A DNA stretch of 64,000 nucleotides from an uncultured bacterium (GCA_963848965.1 CAWKFG010000004.1:480001-544000); one strand, 5' to 3'. Shown: positions 20,335-31,223, counted from the first letter of the stretch. Numbers and translations: made by a program. Notes: a model not told the origin generated them from the sequence alone.

Positions 20335-22443
20335 TTACGTGTTAAATAATCGAGGTAATTTTGCATCAGCCTTAGGATGAGTAGCATCATTAACTAAAGC
20401 ACCATAAGTTTTAGCAGAAGCAAAGAGAAGATTCATCATCATCTGTTTGTTTTGCAGACGCGATGCAAGCTCTATACATTTTGTTTGTACTTTAGCTCCT
20501 CTGCTTAAAAGAGCATTAACGAGCTTTATATCTCCTGCTTTTACCGCATAATATAACGCAGTATTATCATACTTATCTCTTTTATCAACCTCCACCACAA
20601 AAGATTCTAATCCATCCTTGCCTTGAGTTTTTAGAGATAGTAACTCTTGTATAAGAGCATAATTCTCACAAATGATAGCATACATAAGCGGTGTTCTTTT
20701 GTGTTTATCTCTTGTATTAAACAATGTTCTGAAATGAGGATACTGTTCACCCGCTTCTTTTATTAGTTTTACTATATCAGCATGATTAAAAATACAAGCT
20801 AATTGTACAGGGTTGCATTCTATCACATTTACCTCAGTAAAAAAATGAGCGGCTATAAATGCTTGTGTAAAAGCTTTAGGATCTTTCAGATAGTGCCTTA
20901 CCTGCTCTTGTGCACAGAGGTTCATAATATCTATCAAGTCTTTATTACCAGTCATCTGTGCAAGCTCAATAACATTTTTCCTCACTATACCAGTTGACCA
21001 GACCTTGTTAGCATCAGCATAAGTATGAACCTCAACATGTGCCTCTGGTTTCTGGATATCTGCACCAGCTGCTAAGAGTATAAGTGCTGTTTTAAGCTTG
21101 TTCTTTTTGACTGCGTATGCAAGCGCTTTATCCAAATCTTTACTACCAGCTTTTATAAGCAAATGAACCATTTCACTGTGTTCGTTTCTTGCAGCTGCGC
21201 CTAACGCGCTCACCTTTCTTTCATCTGTTTCATCTATACCAGTACCTCGCTCTATAAGCGTTTTAACGGCTTCAACATGTCTTTGTTCTGCTGCTAGTAT
21301 TAAAGGTGTAGCATGCCAATGAGTAACAACATTAATATCAGCTCCTGCATCAAGCAATGTTTTAATGAGCTCTGTATCTCCTAAATATGCTGCACCAAGC
21401 AACTTTTGATTATCACTGCTAGTAAGTTGCATTAACCTTTGTACTATATTTTTATGATTGCGCATTATAGCAGTCATCATAGGATTTTCGTCGTAATCTC
21501 TATCTAATACGCTAGATACGTCTGATTCATGCTCAACAAGAGCATTAAGTATCTCAAGATTACCGCGTGCAGCTGCATGATGCAAAGCAGTTACCCGACG
21601 AATGTTTTCATCTGGCGCTAAAACATCCGCCCCTGCATCCAGAAACTTTCTTACTGTTTCAGCATTTGCCTTCTGATTCTTGTTAATGTAACCTGCTAGT
21701 ATATCTGAATCTTGACTCGCATCTGCACCATTATCTAAAAGAAGATTGATCAATTCTTCATCATTATCTAATTCAAATATTGTCAAATCTAATGGTGTTC
21801 TATTATCATTATCGCTTGCATTCACATCTGCATTAGATGCAATAAGCATTTTAGCTATAGCTTTGTTCTTATTAATAATAGAGCATATTAAAGGGGTCTC
21901 TGAGCAACTATTTGAGTGTCGCCTATAAGTAAAAGTAAAATTAGGAGTTGCTCCACTACGCAAAAGAAGCTCTACTATCTCTGCATAATTCTGCATTACA
22001 GCTAAAGACAAAGCTCTCTGCCCATTTTTATTTTCAATATTAACATTTATTCCGCTTGCAATAAGTGCTTTAATAACTGGCATATCTTTTGCAAAAACTG
22101 CATGCATAAGAGCAGTTGATCCATCATGCCCTTGGGTTAAAAACCCTGCTTGTACAAGCATCTTTATAAATTCTGGTCGCCCAGAATCTAGAGCACTTTT
22201 ACATGCAATATAGTCAAGAACACTAACAGGATAGCGCTTAAGGCACTCTTTTACGAGTTCTATATTACCATCACGAACAGCCTGTATAATATGTGCCATA
22301 GGCTGTGTAAGTTGAGCCATTGCATTATTAAGAGCAACTTTTTTACTTGGTTCTTGCCTCTCATCTTGATTACTCCTTTTCATACAGAAAGAGTTACTCA
22401 TTATGAGCGATAAAACTATAACACTACTTAGTATATAATGCAT
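20335..22443 (-). CDS. Exported ankyrin-repeat protein
   Basis: Signal peptide; many ankyrin repeats; basic patch MKR..PSKKV after the signal. Confidence 0.9.
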   Translation of the reverse strand: MHYILSSVIVLSLIMSNSFCMKRSNQDERQEPSKKVALNNAMAQLTQPMAHIIQAVRDGNIELVKECLKRYPVSVLDYIACKSALDSGRPEFIKMLVQAGFLTQGHDGSTALMHAVFAKDMPVIKALIASGINVNIENKNGQRALSLAVMQNYAEIVELLLRSGATPNFTFTYRRHSNSCSETPLICSIINKNKAIAKMLIASNADVNASDNDNRTPLDLTIFELDNDEELINLLLDNGADASQDSDILAGYINKNQKANAETVRKFLDAGADVLAPDENIRRVTALHHAAARGNLEILNALVEHESDVSSVLDRDYDENPMMTAIMRNHKNIVQRLMQLTSSDNQKLLGAAYLGDTELIKTLLDAGADINVVTHWHATPLILAAEQRHVEAVKTLIERGTGIDETDERKVSALGAAARNEHSEMVHLLIKAGSKDLDKALAYAVKKNKLKTALILLAAGADIQKPEAHVEVHTYADANKVWSTGIVRKNVIELAQMTGNKDLIDIMNLCAQEQVRHYLKDPKAFTQAFIAAHFFTEVNVIECNPVQLACIFNHADIVKLIKEAGEQYPHFRTLFNTRDKHKRTPLMYAIICENYALIQELLSLKTQGKDGLESFVVEVDKRDKYDNTALYYAVKAGDIKLVNALLSRGAKVQTKCIELASRLQNKQMMMNLLFASAKTYGALVNDATHPKADAKLPRLFNT

Positions 22444-22641
22444 ATTACTTCCTTTATTTAAAATGATATATATAAAATAAGGTCTAAAAGTAGGGATTTG
22501 TTAGTTTATCACATTTAACAAATTTATCAAGTATAAATTAATATAACAACGCTCTTTTCAATTTGTATTACGAAAAATAGTGGGCAAAGTCCACAAGATA
22601 TACTGCTTAGCTTAAGCCACTAAGCTCCCTTTCATTAGAAG

Positions 22642-22851
22642 TTAGCTATCTTCTGAATATTCTAAAAGATCACCCGGTTGACAGTTAAGCGCTTTACATA
22701 GTACTTGTAGTGTGGAAAACCGTATTGCTTTTGCTTTTCCTGTTTTTAAAATAGATAAGTTAGCTTCGGTAATATCCACAAGCGTAGCAAGCTCATTAAG
22801 TCGTATCTTACGACGTGCCATCATTTCATCCAATTTTACAATAATTTTCAT
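22642..22851 (-). CDS. XRE/Cro HTH transcriptional regulator (YozG-like)
   Basis: ITEANLSILKTGKAKAIRFSTL..LC..L.CQPGDLLEY signature. Confidence 0.92.
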   Translation of the reverse strand: MKIIVKLDEMMARRKIRLNELATLVDITEANLSILKTGKAKAIRFSTLQVLCKALNCQPGDLLEYSEDS

Positions 22852-22860
22852 AGGACCCGC

Positions 22861-23418
22861 TTATATAGTAAGATCTTGCTCTTTTTTAAGCTTACTTCCC
22901 TCTTGTATAAGCGCTGTAATAAGCACAAAACAAATAAAAATAACTATATTAATAATATCTCCTGTGCTCACTTCAACAGCTAATACACGGTTGCCAGAAC
23001 CTTTATGGAGTGTGGTAATTACGCTTAGTAGCATTTTTCTTAATGGAGAGTAAAGTACCCAACATAAAGCAATTTTGCTTAAAGTATGTAATACTTGTAT
23101 AACACGTGAAGAGAAAAACTCACTTGTCTGAAAATAATTTATAAGACGGTAAAAGAATACCACTCCTGCACATAGTATACTAAATGCAATACCATCTACC
23201 ATAAGCCCAAGCACTCTGTGAACAAAGGGAATTGCAGATAATTGTGGTACCCATGATTGAGAATCAAACGTATATGAAAGTCGAAGATAATACTCTTCTA
23301 AAGGGATACCAGGAACCATGTCAAAAAACCACCGTACGCAGGTAACAACAAACATACAAACAACAAATGCCACACTTATAATTTGAAGGGCATATGTATA
23401 TTTTTGCAGCTTATTCAT
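22861..23418 (-). CDS. DUF2975 membrane protein
   Basis: Four TM helices, C-terminal 'EGSKLKKEQDLTI'; the usual pairing with a YozG-like HTH. Confidence 0.85.
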   Translation of the reverse strand: MNKLQKYTYALQIISVAFVVCMFVVTCVRWFFDMVPGIPLEEYYLRLSYTFDSQSWVPQLSAIPFVHRVLGLMVDGIAFSILCAGVVFFYRLINYFQTSEFFSSRVIQVLHTLSKIALCWVLYSPLRKMLLSVITTLHKGSGNRVLAVEVSTGDIINIVIFICFVLITALIQEGSKLKKEQDLTI

Positions 23419-23602
23419 AAAAACTCCTTTTAAGGTAATGACGTAAACTTTGAAAAACAATAGCACATATTTTATCGAATTTCAATAATTTTATATCGTT
23501 AATCAATAAATAGTTGAGCGGGATTCCTTCCTCAATAAAATTGTCTTCCTAGGTAAATGATAGTATAAACTTATAGTACATAAAGTATGAGCGCCTTATA
23601 TC

Positions 23603-23658
23603 TTTAAAAAAGAACCGGTTCTTTTTGAGGTCAGATTTAAAAAAGAACCGGTTCTTTT
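23603..23658. repeat. Two copies of palindrome AAAAGAACCGGTTCTTTT at 33-bp period abutting a promoter
   Basis: Cores GAACCGGTTC at 23612 and 23645; TTGACT-N17-TATCCT follows at 23660. Confidence 0.85.
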
Positions 23659-23709
23659 GTTGACTTACTGCTTTTAAAAGAGTATCCTTAAAAATAAGGA
23701 GGTATTACA

Positions 23710-25083
23710 ATGCAACGTACCTGTATGGTTTTTCTTAAGGAATGGCTCCAAGCAAGTAACCGTAAACCGCTTGTCATTCGCGGAGCACGACAAGTAGGCA
23801 AAACATGGCTTGTACGCCATTTAGCAGAATCACAAGGATACAATCTCATAGAAATTAATCTTGAAAAACGGCCTAGTCTAGCTTCACTTTTCTCGACAAA
23901 CGATCCTCATCAAATACTCTTGAACTTAGAAGCTGCACTCAATGAACGCATTGATCCTAACAAATGTTTACTATTTATTGACGAAATTCAAGCAACTCCA
24001 GATATTTTAGCTAAACTGCGCTGGTTTGCCGAAGATATGCCAGAGTTACCTGTTATTGCAGCAGGCTCTCTTTTGGAATTTGTTTTAACTGAGCATACTT
24101 TTAGTATGCCCGTAGGACGAATCAATTATATGCACCTTGAGCCTCTATCATTTGAAGAATTTTTATTGGCATATAATAAACAGCATCTTATTGACTACAT
24201 AAAACAGTATACACTGGAGCATGAGATACCTTATGCACTTCATGAACAGTTAATGATGCTGTTTAAAGAATACATAATTATAGGAGGGATGCCTCAAGCT
24301 GTATCCAGCTGGGTTACCACACAATCTTTGCAAGCAGTAAGCCAAATACATCATGATCTTATAGCTACCTACCGAGATGATTTTGCAAAATACAGTGGAC
24401 GTATAGCAACGGAACGATTAGATGAAATAATTATGGCAGTTCCCAAATACTTAGGAAAGAAGTTCGTTTACAGCAAGATTAATCCAGTAACACATAGTAC
24501 TACTATCAAACGGTCGTTGAACCTCTTATGTAAAGCAAAAGTCTGTCATTGCATATTTGGCAGCGCTGCTAACGGAGTACCACTGGCAGCAGAAATTCAA
24601 GAAAAGTACATAAAAGTAATTCTATTGGACGTAGGATTATGTTCAACCCTCCTTGGACTTTCATTTGATCAAGTAAACACAACTGCTGAGCTCGATTTAA
24701 TTAATAAAGGCAGTATCGCTGAACAGGTAGTTGGACAACTTTTGCGCACTATTACTCCTCCTTATATAGAACCTGCTCTCTATTATTGGCATCGTACAGA
24801 AAAAGGTTCTGATGCAGAAATCGATTATGTTTTTCAACATGGCGCTCATGTAGTGCCTCTAGAAGTTAAAGCAGGACGCACAGGAACTTTAAAATCATTA
24901 CATCTCTTTATGAGATTAAAGCACCTTTCACTTGCAGCTCGTGTTAACTCAGATATACCACGTACAATCAACGTCACCTTAAAAGACAATCAAGGTAGTC
25001 CTGTTAATTACGTTCTTTTATCTCTTCCTTTTTATCTATTGAGTGAGCTACACCGCCTTCTTCAAAAAGCTTTTCAAAGCTAA
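23710..25083 (+). CDS. AAA_14 ATPase with DUF4143 / PD-(D/E)XK-like C-terminus
   Basis: GARQVGKT Walker A, FIDEIQ Walker B, GGMPQAV, AEIDYV..PLEVKAG. Confidence 0.9.
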   Translation: MQRTCMVFLKEWLQASNRKPLVIRGARQVGKTWLVRHLAESQGYNLIEINLEKRPSLASLFSTNDPHQILLNLEAALNERIDPNKCLLFIDEIQATPDILAKLRWFAEDMPELPVIAAGSLLEFVLTEHTFSMPVGRINYMHLEPLSFEEFLLAYNKQHLIDYIKQYTLEHEIPYALHEQLMMLFKEYIIIGGMPQAVSSWVTTQSLQAVSQIHHDLIATYRDDFAKYSGRIATERLDEIIMAVPKYLGKKFVYSKINPVTHSTTIKRSLNLLCKAKVCHCIFGSAANGVPLAAEIQEKYIKVILLDVGLCSTLLGLSFDQVNTTAELDLINKGSIAEQVVGQLLRTITPPYIEPALYYWHRTEKGSDAEIDYVFQHGAHVVPLEVKAGRTGTLKSLHLFMRLKHLSLAARVNSDIPRTINVTLKDNQGSPVNYVLLSLPFYLLSELHRLLQKAFQS

Positions 25084-25229
25084 GAATCTAGTCTTTTGAC
25101 CTTTAAAAAGCTATAAATCAGTATGTGTTCTTCTTTTTCATTTAGATGCCATAGCAATTTATTGATTTTATGCTATACTGTAATTAGATTTATTAAAGAG
25201 TATTCATCATTTCTTAAAAGTTAAAACTC

Positions 25230-26297
25230 TTGAGCACTCAACGTATTGTAAAATTAGTACCTCCTCGCATTTCTCCGGATCACATTAAAGAAAAAGTTGT
25301 CTGTATTCGCGCACATCGTGAACGTATATTTCAAGTATTTGAACAAAAGCATGAAGGTAAATGGATATTCCATAATTATGGGCACGGTGGCGCTGGATGG
25401 ACATTTCTTTTTGGGTGCGTTAATGAATCTATAAGGCAATTTGAACAACGATTAATGCAGGACAACAGTTTAAAGAATAAACAAGTATGCATTATTGGTG
25501 CTGGATGTTATGGCCTTTTAACTGCAATTACCTTAGCACGCAAGGGACATACCGTACGAATTATTGCAAAAGATACTGCTGATATCCCTTCTTATAAAGC
25601 TGCAGGATTCTTTTTTCCTCGAGCACGCAAAATGTCAACACCAGAAGAAATCAGCATCTTTCAAGCACGTGGTATGGAATCATATAGTACATATTACAAA
25701 ATTGCACAAGGGGCTCACCCTTTTATTCAAGAGGGAGCAAAGCTTTTGCCGGGATACTTTGGACTTAACATTGATCCTGGATTTAAACCCTATATTGAAA
25801 AAAAACTTATGCCAATTCCAGAAGAAGTTACTATCGACTTTGGCAATGGAAAAGCATATAAAGCTCAAGAATATAAAACAATTTTTATAAACTCAGTTGT
25901 AATGATGCAAGAATTGCACACTACTTTACGCGAGTTAGGCATTACTATTACCAAGGCAGAAATAGCTAGCTTTAGTGAAATTTCTGAAAACATTATTTTT
26001 AACTGTGCTGGATTAGGTGCCAAAAAGCTTACTGGAGATGAGCGTATAATACCTGTACAAGGTCATCTTATCACCCTTAAAGATCAACCTCCTATAGAGC
26101 ATTTACAATATATGATCAATGCTCAAGTTACTATGACCAGTATTCGTGGTACTCTTCGTGATGAATTAATCTATTATGCACCAAAAGATTCTGGTATTCT
26201 TGGCATTACCTTCATGCGAGGACAAGACTCGCTAACCGCAAACTACCATGAGTTTGATCGACTTTTACAGCGATGCCAAGATTACTTCGGTGCATAA
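25230..26297 (+). CDS. FAD-dependent oxidoreductase, D-amino-acid oxidase family (permuted motif order)
   Basis: HNYGHGGAGWT, IIGAGCYGL Rossmann motif, IFNCAGLGA and PVQG. Confidence 0.85.
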   Translation: MSTQRIVKLVPPRISPDHIKEKVVCIRAHRERIFQVFEQKHEGKWIFHNYGHGGAGWTFLFGCVNESIRQFEQRLMQDNSLKNKQVCIIGAGCYGLLTAITLARKGHTVRIIAKDTADIPSYKAAGFFFPRARKMSTPEEISIFQARGMESYSTYYKIAQGAHPFIQEGAKLLPGYFGLNIDPGFKPYIEKKLMPIPEEVTIDFGNGKAYKAQEYKTIFINSVVMMQELHTTLRELGITITKAEIASFSEISENIIFNCAGLGAKKLTGDERIIPVQGHLITLKDQPPIEHLQYMINAQVTMTSIRGTLRDELIYYAPKDSGILGITFMRGQDSLTANYHEFDRLLQRCQDYFGA

Positions 26298-26302
26298 TAA
26301 TT

Positions 26303-27511
26303 TTATTCTACAAAACTGATCGCTTGTCCTACTTTATCTGCTCGACCGGTTCTACCAATTCTGTGAATATAATCTTCATACGTTTGAGGCAAATCAAAGT
26401 TAATAACGTGAGATATATCTGCAATATCTATTCCTCGAGAGACAACGTCTGTTGCTAAAAGGATTCTGAGCTTATTGTCTTTAAATAATGACAAAGCCTT
26501 AGTTCTTTGCGATTGTGTTTTGTCTCCATGAATTATGGCAATTCTAAAGCCACGCTCACTTAGTATCTTTGACAGCTTATCTGCAGCTCGCTTTGTTCTT
26601 AAAAAGATTATACCTTTTTTAAACTCTTTTTTAATCAATAAGTCATGAAGTAAGTCAACTTTATTGTTTTGACCGACTTGTATTACATCTTGATTTACAT
26701 TTTCAGCGGATTGCCTTGTCTTTACGCTTATTGAAACAGGACTTTTCGAAAAACCAACCATTAACTCTTTAAGAGCTGTAGGTATAGTTGCTGAAAAGAA
26801 TACTGAATGGCGCTTTGCTGGTAATCTTTGAAGAATATATCTTATATCCTTTATAAACCCCATATCAAGCATTGTATCTACTTCATCTAAGACAATAGAA
26901 GTATATCTATCAAAATGGATACTATTGTTTTTTTCTAAATCGAGTAACCTACCTGGTGTACCTATTACAAATTCAGGATCATGTCTTAATTCCTTTATTT
27001 GCTGAACAATATGTGTTCCACCAATACACACAAGTGAAAAAAGACCAGTTTTATGTACAAAACTATCAAGTTCATCTTGAATTTGATGACATAATTCTCT
27101 TGTAGGAGCAATAATTAAAACTCTCTCAGTCTTTTTTGTTAAAACATTATTTATTAAAGGAATTAAGAATGCTGCTGTTTTACCTGTACCAGTATTGGCG
27201 GTTGCTATAACATCTTTACCTTCTAACAAAACAGGAATTGCTTGATCTTGGATTGGAGTAGGTATTTTATATCCTTTATTATTAATGTTTTCCTTCAGTT
27301 GCTCTTCTATTAAAAAATCTACAAATGAATTTTTAGGAGTATATACAGCAGACGGCGCTTGCTCTTCTACTCGCTTCATAAACAGTGAGGGATCAAACTT
27401 TTTAGCCACTCTTTTGGATTGGCGAGGATAACGGGAGCCCTGCGATCCATAGGACGCTCTTGTACCTCTTGTATTACTATTTTTTGTATTGTTTGCTTTA
27501 TAATAAGTCAT
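26303..27511 (-). CDS. DEAD-box RNA helicase
   Basis: PTPIQ Q-motif, TGTGKT, PTREL, TPGR, DEVD, SAT and HRIGRTGR. Confidence 0.95.
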   Translation of the reverse strand: MTYYKANNTKNSNTRGTRASYGSQGSRYPRQSKRVAKKFDPSLFMKRVEEQAPSAVYTPKNSFVDFLIEEQLKENINNKGYKIPTPIQDQAIPVLLEGKDVIATANTGTGKTAAFLIPLINNVLTKKTERVLIIAPTRELCHQIQDELDSFVHKTGLFSLVCIGGTHIVQQIKELRHDPEFVIGTPGRLLDLEKNNSIHFDRYTSIVLDEVDTMLDMGFIKDIRYILQRLPAKRHSVFFSATIPTALKELMVGFSKSPVSISVKTRQSAENVNQDVIQVGQNNKVDLLHDLLIKKEFKKGIIFLRTKRAADKLSKILSERGFRIAIIHGDKTQSQRTKALSLFKDNKLRILLATDVVSRGIDIADISHVINFDLPQTYEDYIHRIGRTGRADKVGQAISFVE

Positions 27512-27893
27512 TTTTAGCCTTTTCTTTAATTTATTTGATCTAATTCTTAACACAACATTCTGTTTTTTAAGAATTTAAAGTTAATTCAATGCATTTCTTG
27601 CTATAGAGATAAGTATTTCAAACTTATAGGTTTGAACTATAACTCCTTCTCTAGTCCTTACTTTGCTGTATACGATAGACCATCATAATTATAGATAGTT
27701 AAGGCCCTTTTAGATTCTTAATCTGGCACTTTAGGCCTTTTAAGAATTTATTCTAGACCAAACTCTATCATTTCTGTCCACTGTCTTTATGCACTAGTCC
27801 CTTTAGTGATCATAATTTTTGCATCTACTAATCGTTCTGATAGATGCTAAAGACGTCTATAGGCAGAGGTATAATTGTGATAGTCAATAGAGA

Positions 27894-27989
27894 TTACTTA
27901 GTTGATGTGTTTAGGAACGATCAAATAAAATTTGAGAGAGCCTTCAAGACATGAAGATAGTTTTTTCAACTAGCTTACGATTAACCTAA
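27894..27989 (+). mobile_element. Degenerate copy of the att-like junction / orphan tail (YLVDVFRNDQIKFE / SLQDMKIVFS)
   Basis: TTACTTAGTTGATGTGTTTAGGAACGATC differs at 1 of 29 nt from 41614-41642; peptide similarity continues after a frameshift. Confidence 0.65.
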
Positions 27990-28204
27990 GAATAAAGAAC
28001 ATTCTTTAAAGTATACATAATTAAGTATACACCTATTTTATATAAAAGCAACGAAATAAAAGCCACGTTAGTATTATTATCACTAACAGCTTCGAGGACA
28101 TAAGACCGCTCTAAAGTATAAATGTGGAAAAAACCTTACTCTTGCATTAAGGTAATCCTGATATTTATGCTATTCTATGAACCATTTTTCTAAGGAGTGC
28201 GTGT

Positions 28205-29164
28205 ATGGAGAATCGGTCAAATCTAGAAATTGCTACTTTTGCCGGTGGCTGTTTTTGGTGCATGGTGCAACCCTTTGAAACACAGGAAGGGGTTATTGAG
28301 GTTATTGCAGGATATGCAGGCGGTACAGGAGAAAACCCTACCTACCAAGACTATGCAGAAAAAGGATATACTGAAGTGGTTCAAGTCACTTATAATCCCA
28401 AAAAAGTGAGCTATGACACGTTGCTTGATATCTTTTGGCGTCAAATAGATCCTACAGACGTCGGTGGACAATTTGCCGATAGAGGACCAGGATATAAGTC
28501 TGCCATTTTTTACCATACTCCTGAGCAGAAGCAGCAAGCAGAAGAATCAAAACAAAGATTACAAGACTCAGGAAAATTCTCAAAAAAACTTGTTACTCAG
28601 ATTATTGAATTCTCGAATTTCTACCCTGCAGAGCAGTATCACCAACAGTATTATAAAAAGAACCCTGAACATTATAAAATTTATAAAACTCTGTCAGGAA
28701 GAGAACGATTTTTAGAAAACGTTTGGAACAATAATCGAGCGCAAGAGGATCCGCTACGAAAACAACTTACTCCGCTACAATATGACGTTATTTGCTGTGA
28801 TGCAACAGAACCTCCATTTAATAATGAATACTGGGATAATAAAGCACTTGGTATTTATGTAGATCGAATCTCTGGTGAACCACTGTTTAGCTCGTTAGAT
28901 AAATATGATTCTGGTACTGGATGGCCAAGTTTTACCAAACCTCTTGAGCCTACTAATATTGTTGAAAAAGAAGACATTACTTTAGCTATTCCACGCACTG
29001 AAATTCGTAGCAAAAAGGCAGATTCACACTTAGGACATGTCTTCAATGATGGTCCAAAGCCTGGTGGATTACGCTACTGTGTAAACTCAGCAGCACTCCG
29101 TTTTATCCCTCTTGAAGATCTAGAAAAAGAAGGTTATAGAGAGTATAGAACGTTGTTTGAGTAA
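28205..29164 (+). CDS. msrAB: Bifunctional methionine sulfoxide reductase MsrA-MsrB
   Basis: FAGGCFWC (MsrA); [15 protein letters not shown] and RYCVNSAAL (MsrB). Confidence 0.95.
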   Translation: MENRSNLEIATFAGGCFWCMVQPFETQEGVIEVIAGYAGGTGENPTYQDYAEKGYTEVVQVTYNPKKVSYDTLLDIFWRQIDPTDVGGQFADRGPGYKSAIFYHTPEQKQQAEESKQRLQDSGKFSKKLVTQIIEFSNFYPAEQYHQQYYKKNPEHYKIYKTLSGRERFLENVWNNNRAQEDPLRKQLTPLQYDVICCDATEPPFNNEYWDNKALGIYVDRISGEPLFSSLDKYDSGTGWPSFTKPLEPTNIVEKEDITLAIPRTEIRSKKADSHLGHVFNDGPKPGGLRYCVNSAALRFIPLEDLEKEGYREYRTLFE

Positions 29165-29378
29165 TATCCCTCTCACAATTCTTACAAGATTCATTTTAAA
29201 CTATCTTGAGCATTTTTTAAAAATGTTCGAAAAAATTTTATAGTATAAAATGCATTTAATTATAAAAATATTTACTGCCTGTCAATAAATTTGCTATGCT
29301 TCACTATAAATAACTCGCAATACAAGAGAGTACTTATAAAGAGCTATAAAAACTAATTATTAATAAAAAGGAGTTTCT

Positions 29379-29939
29379 ATGAACCATATATATAAAATGA
29401 TGTTTGCTTTATTCTCTATAGCAGGCATTAACCATCTAGCCTTTGGGTATGAATATACCTTTTCTAACCATATTCCGGACAAAACCATTGAAGTTCAAAT
29501 TAAACTTTTAGGTGTAAATGAACCTTGGTATAAGCAAACAATTAAACCTAATACAACTGCAACCTTCTTATGGAAAGCATTCAGCAAAGATAAAGATCCA
29601 CTTGAATACGCAGAATGGAGAAAATCAGGACTTTGTTTGCAAAGTATTCAATATAGAACAGCAGGAACAGCTTGGAGAGAAACTGACATAACTTTTGCAG
29701 ATTCAGATGCATACAAGAGAATAGTAAATGCTGCTGAAAATCTAGGAGAAGGAACTGCTAGTGTAGCTCAATTTGCAGCAGCTGTTTCAGGAGTTCCTAC
29801 TGAAAAAGTAAGTGGTGGCTCTTTAGCAAAAGGTATCGCTGAGCTTATTGGAACAAGTGCTTGCCGCGATAGACACTTTGATATTGCTCCAGATAAAACT
29901 GATCCTAAACAAATCGCATTCTATTCAATTGCAAAATAA
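29379..29939 (+). CDS. Hypothetical secreted protein
   Basis: AGGAG RBS, signal peptide ...LAFG|Y, downstream terminator. Confidence 0.75.
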   Translation: MNHIYKMMFALFSIAGINHLAFGYEYTFSNHIPDKTIEVQIKLLGVNEPWYKQTIKPNTTATFLWKAFSKDKDPLEYAEWRKSGLCLQSIQYRTAGTAWRETDITFADSDAYKRIVNAAENLGEGTASVAQFAAAVSGVPTEKVSGGSLAKGIAELIGTSACRDRHFDIAPDKTDPKQIAFYSIAK

Positions 29940-29944
29940 CGTAT

Positions 29945-29967
29945 AGCCCAGCAAAGCTGGGCTTTTC
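29945..29967 (+). terminator. Intrinsic terminator
   Basis: AGCCCAGC-AAA-GCTGGGCT followed by a T-run. Confidence 0.75.
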
Positions 29968-30113
29968 TACAAATAATTCTTTTCACTTATCTTTTCTGAC
30001 AATCACATTTTTCAAAAAATTCAAAATCATATTGCTTGCAAATTGTATTTAATATGGTAAAATGCTAATTAGCCAATAAAAACAAAAATTAAAATATTTA
30101 CCAGGGGTTAATT

Positions 30114-31205
30114 ATGTATAAAAAATTATCATTCCTCTTTCTTACCGCTTATATGGCAGTAAACAGTTTACAGGCAATGGAACCGGCAAATCCAGAACCA
30201 GCTAAAGACATGTATATACCTCAAACTGCATGTCCACATCCAGTATACCTTATCAACGATTCTGATGAAGATTTGGACATAACAATTATCATAGATTCTA
30301 ACACTGTAACAGAACAGAATGCTTATATTTTAAAAGCTATTTTGGCAGGAATTACAGGATTTCTTCCGTGTCATGACTTGGAAGAAAGAACAGATCAAGC
30401 TATTGTAACTAAGTTTAAAGGCGCAAAGTTTGAATTTACTATCAAACCACATGACAGCCTTTTACTTCCAGGTCTTGCTACAGGACAAAAAATTGCACTT
30501 TGGAAAAAGAGATGGGGTATAAATACGCTTGCGTATCAACTTCCCTTACAGGAAATCGAAGAGCTTGTAAAATCCAGCCATGGAGATCGAAAAAAAATTG
30601 TACAAGTCTATGTCAAACCATGCCTTGGTCTTAATTATGGTTTTAATTTTCAGCAATGTTTAACAGAGCAAGAAGATAATTATAATCTAAAGCAATTGAA
30701 TCAAAGAGCTATACCTCTTGATCCTGCAGCTATAGCAGATGATATACCTGTATGTCTTGATCCAGTTAGGCTTTTTAACAAGAGTGAGGAAGATTTAAAT
30801 ATAAGAATTATAACCAATCCTAACAACACAATAACCAAAAATGGTAATCTTCTTCAGTTCATCTTGGTTTCACTTACAGCAGGCTTAAACCTTGATGATA
30901 TGAATGGCATTATGGCACAGAATATACAAGACAAATTTAGAAAAGCTGAGTTCGATTTCTCTATAAAGCCAAGCGATAATCTTTTAATTCCTGGTATTGC
31001 TGCAAAGCAGGAAATCCTTGTATGGAAAAAAAGAGGCGGAACAGACGTCAAGTCTTATTCTGTTCCTCTTAACAAAATAGAGCAGTCACTTAGTGTTATA
31101 AATCGTAAAGACATGAAGAATACAGTACATGTATTTATCACCCCAAGCATTTATCTTTGGGGCTTCTATTTTGATGTGTCTACAGTACAAGAAAAAACTG
31201 CATAA
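30114..31205 (+). CDS. Exported protein made of two tandem ~170-aa homologous domains
   Basis: Signal ...LQA|MEP; CPHPVYLINDSDEDL..KF..A.FEFTIKP.D.LL.PG..WKKR repeated as CLDPVRLFNKSEEDL..KF..AEFDFSIKP.D.LL.PG..WKKR. Confidence 0.8.
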   Translation: MYKKLSFLFLTAYMAVNSLQAMEPANPEPAKDMYIPQTACPHPVYLINDSDEDLDITIIIDSNTVTEQNAYILKAILAGITGFLPCHDLEERTDQAIVTKFKGAKFEFTIKPHDSLLLPGLATGQKIALWKKRWGINTLAYQLPLQEIEELVKSSHGDRKKIVQVYVKPCLGLNYGFNFQQCLTEQEDNYNLKQLNQRAIPLDPAAIADDIPVCLDPVRLFNKSEEDLNIRIITNPNNTITKNGNLLQFILVSLTAGLNLDDMNGIMAQNIQDKFRKAEFDFSIKPSDNLLIPGIAAKQEILVWKKRGGTDVKSYSVPLNKIEQSLSVINRKDMKNTVHVFITPSIYLWGFYFDVSTVQEKTA

Positions 31206-31223
31206 AAAACATCTTTATTGAGT

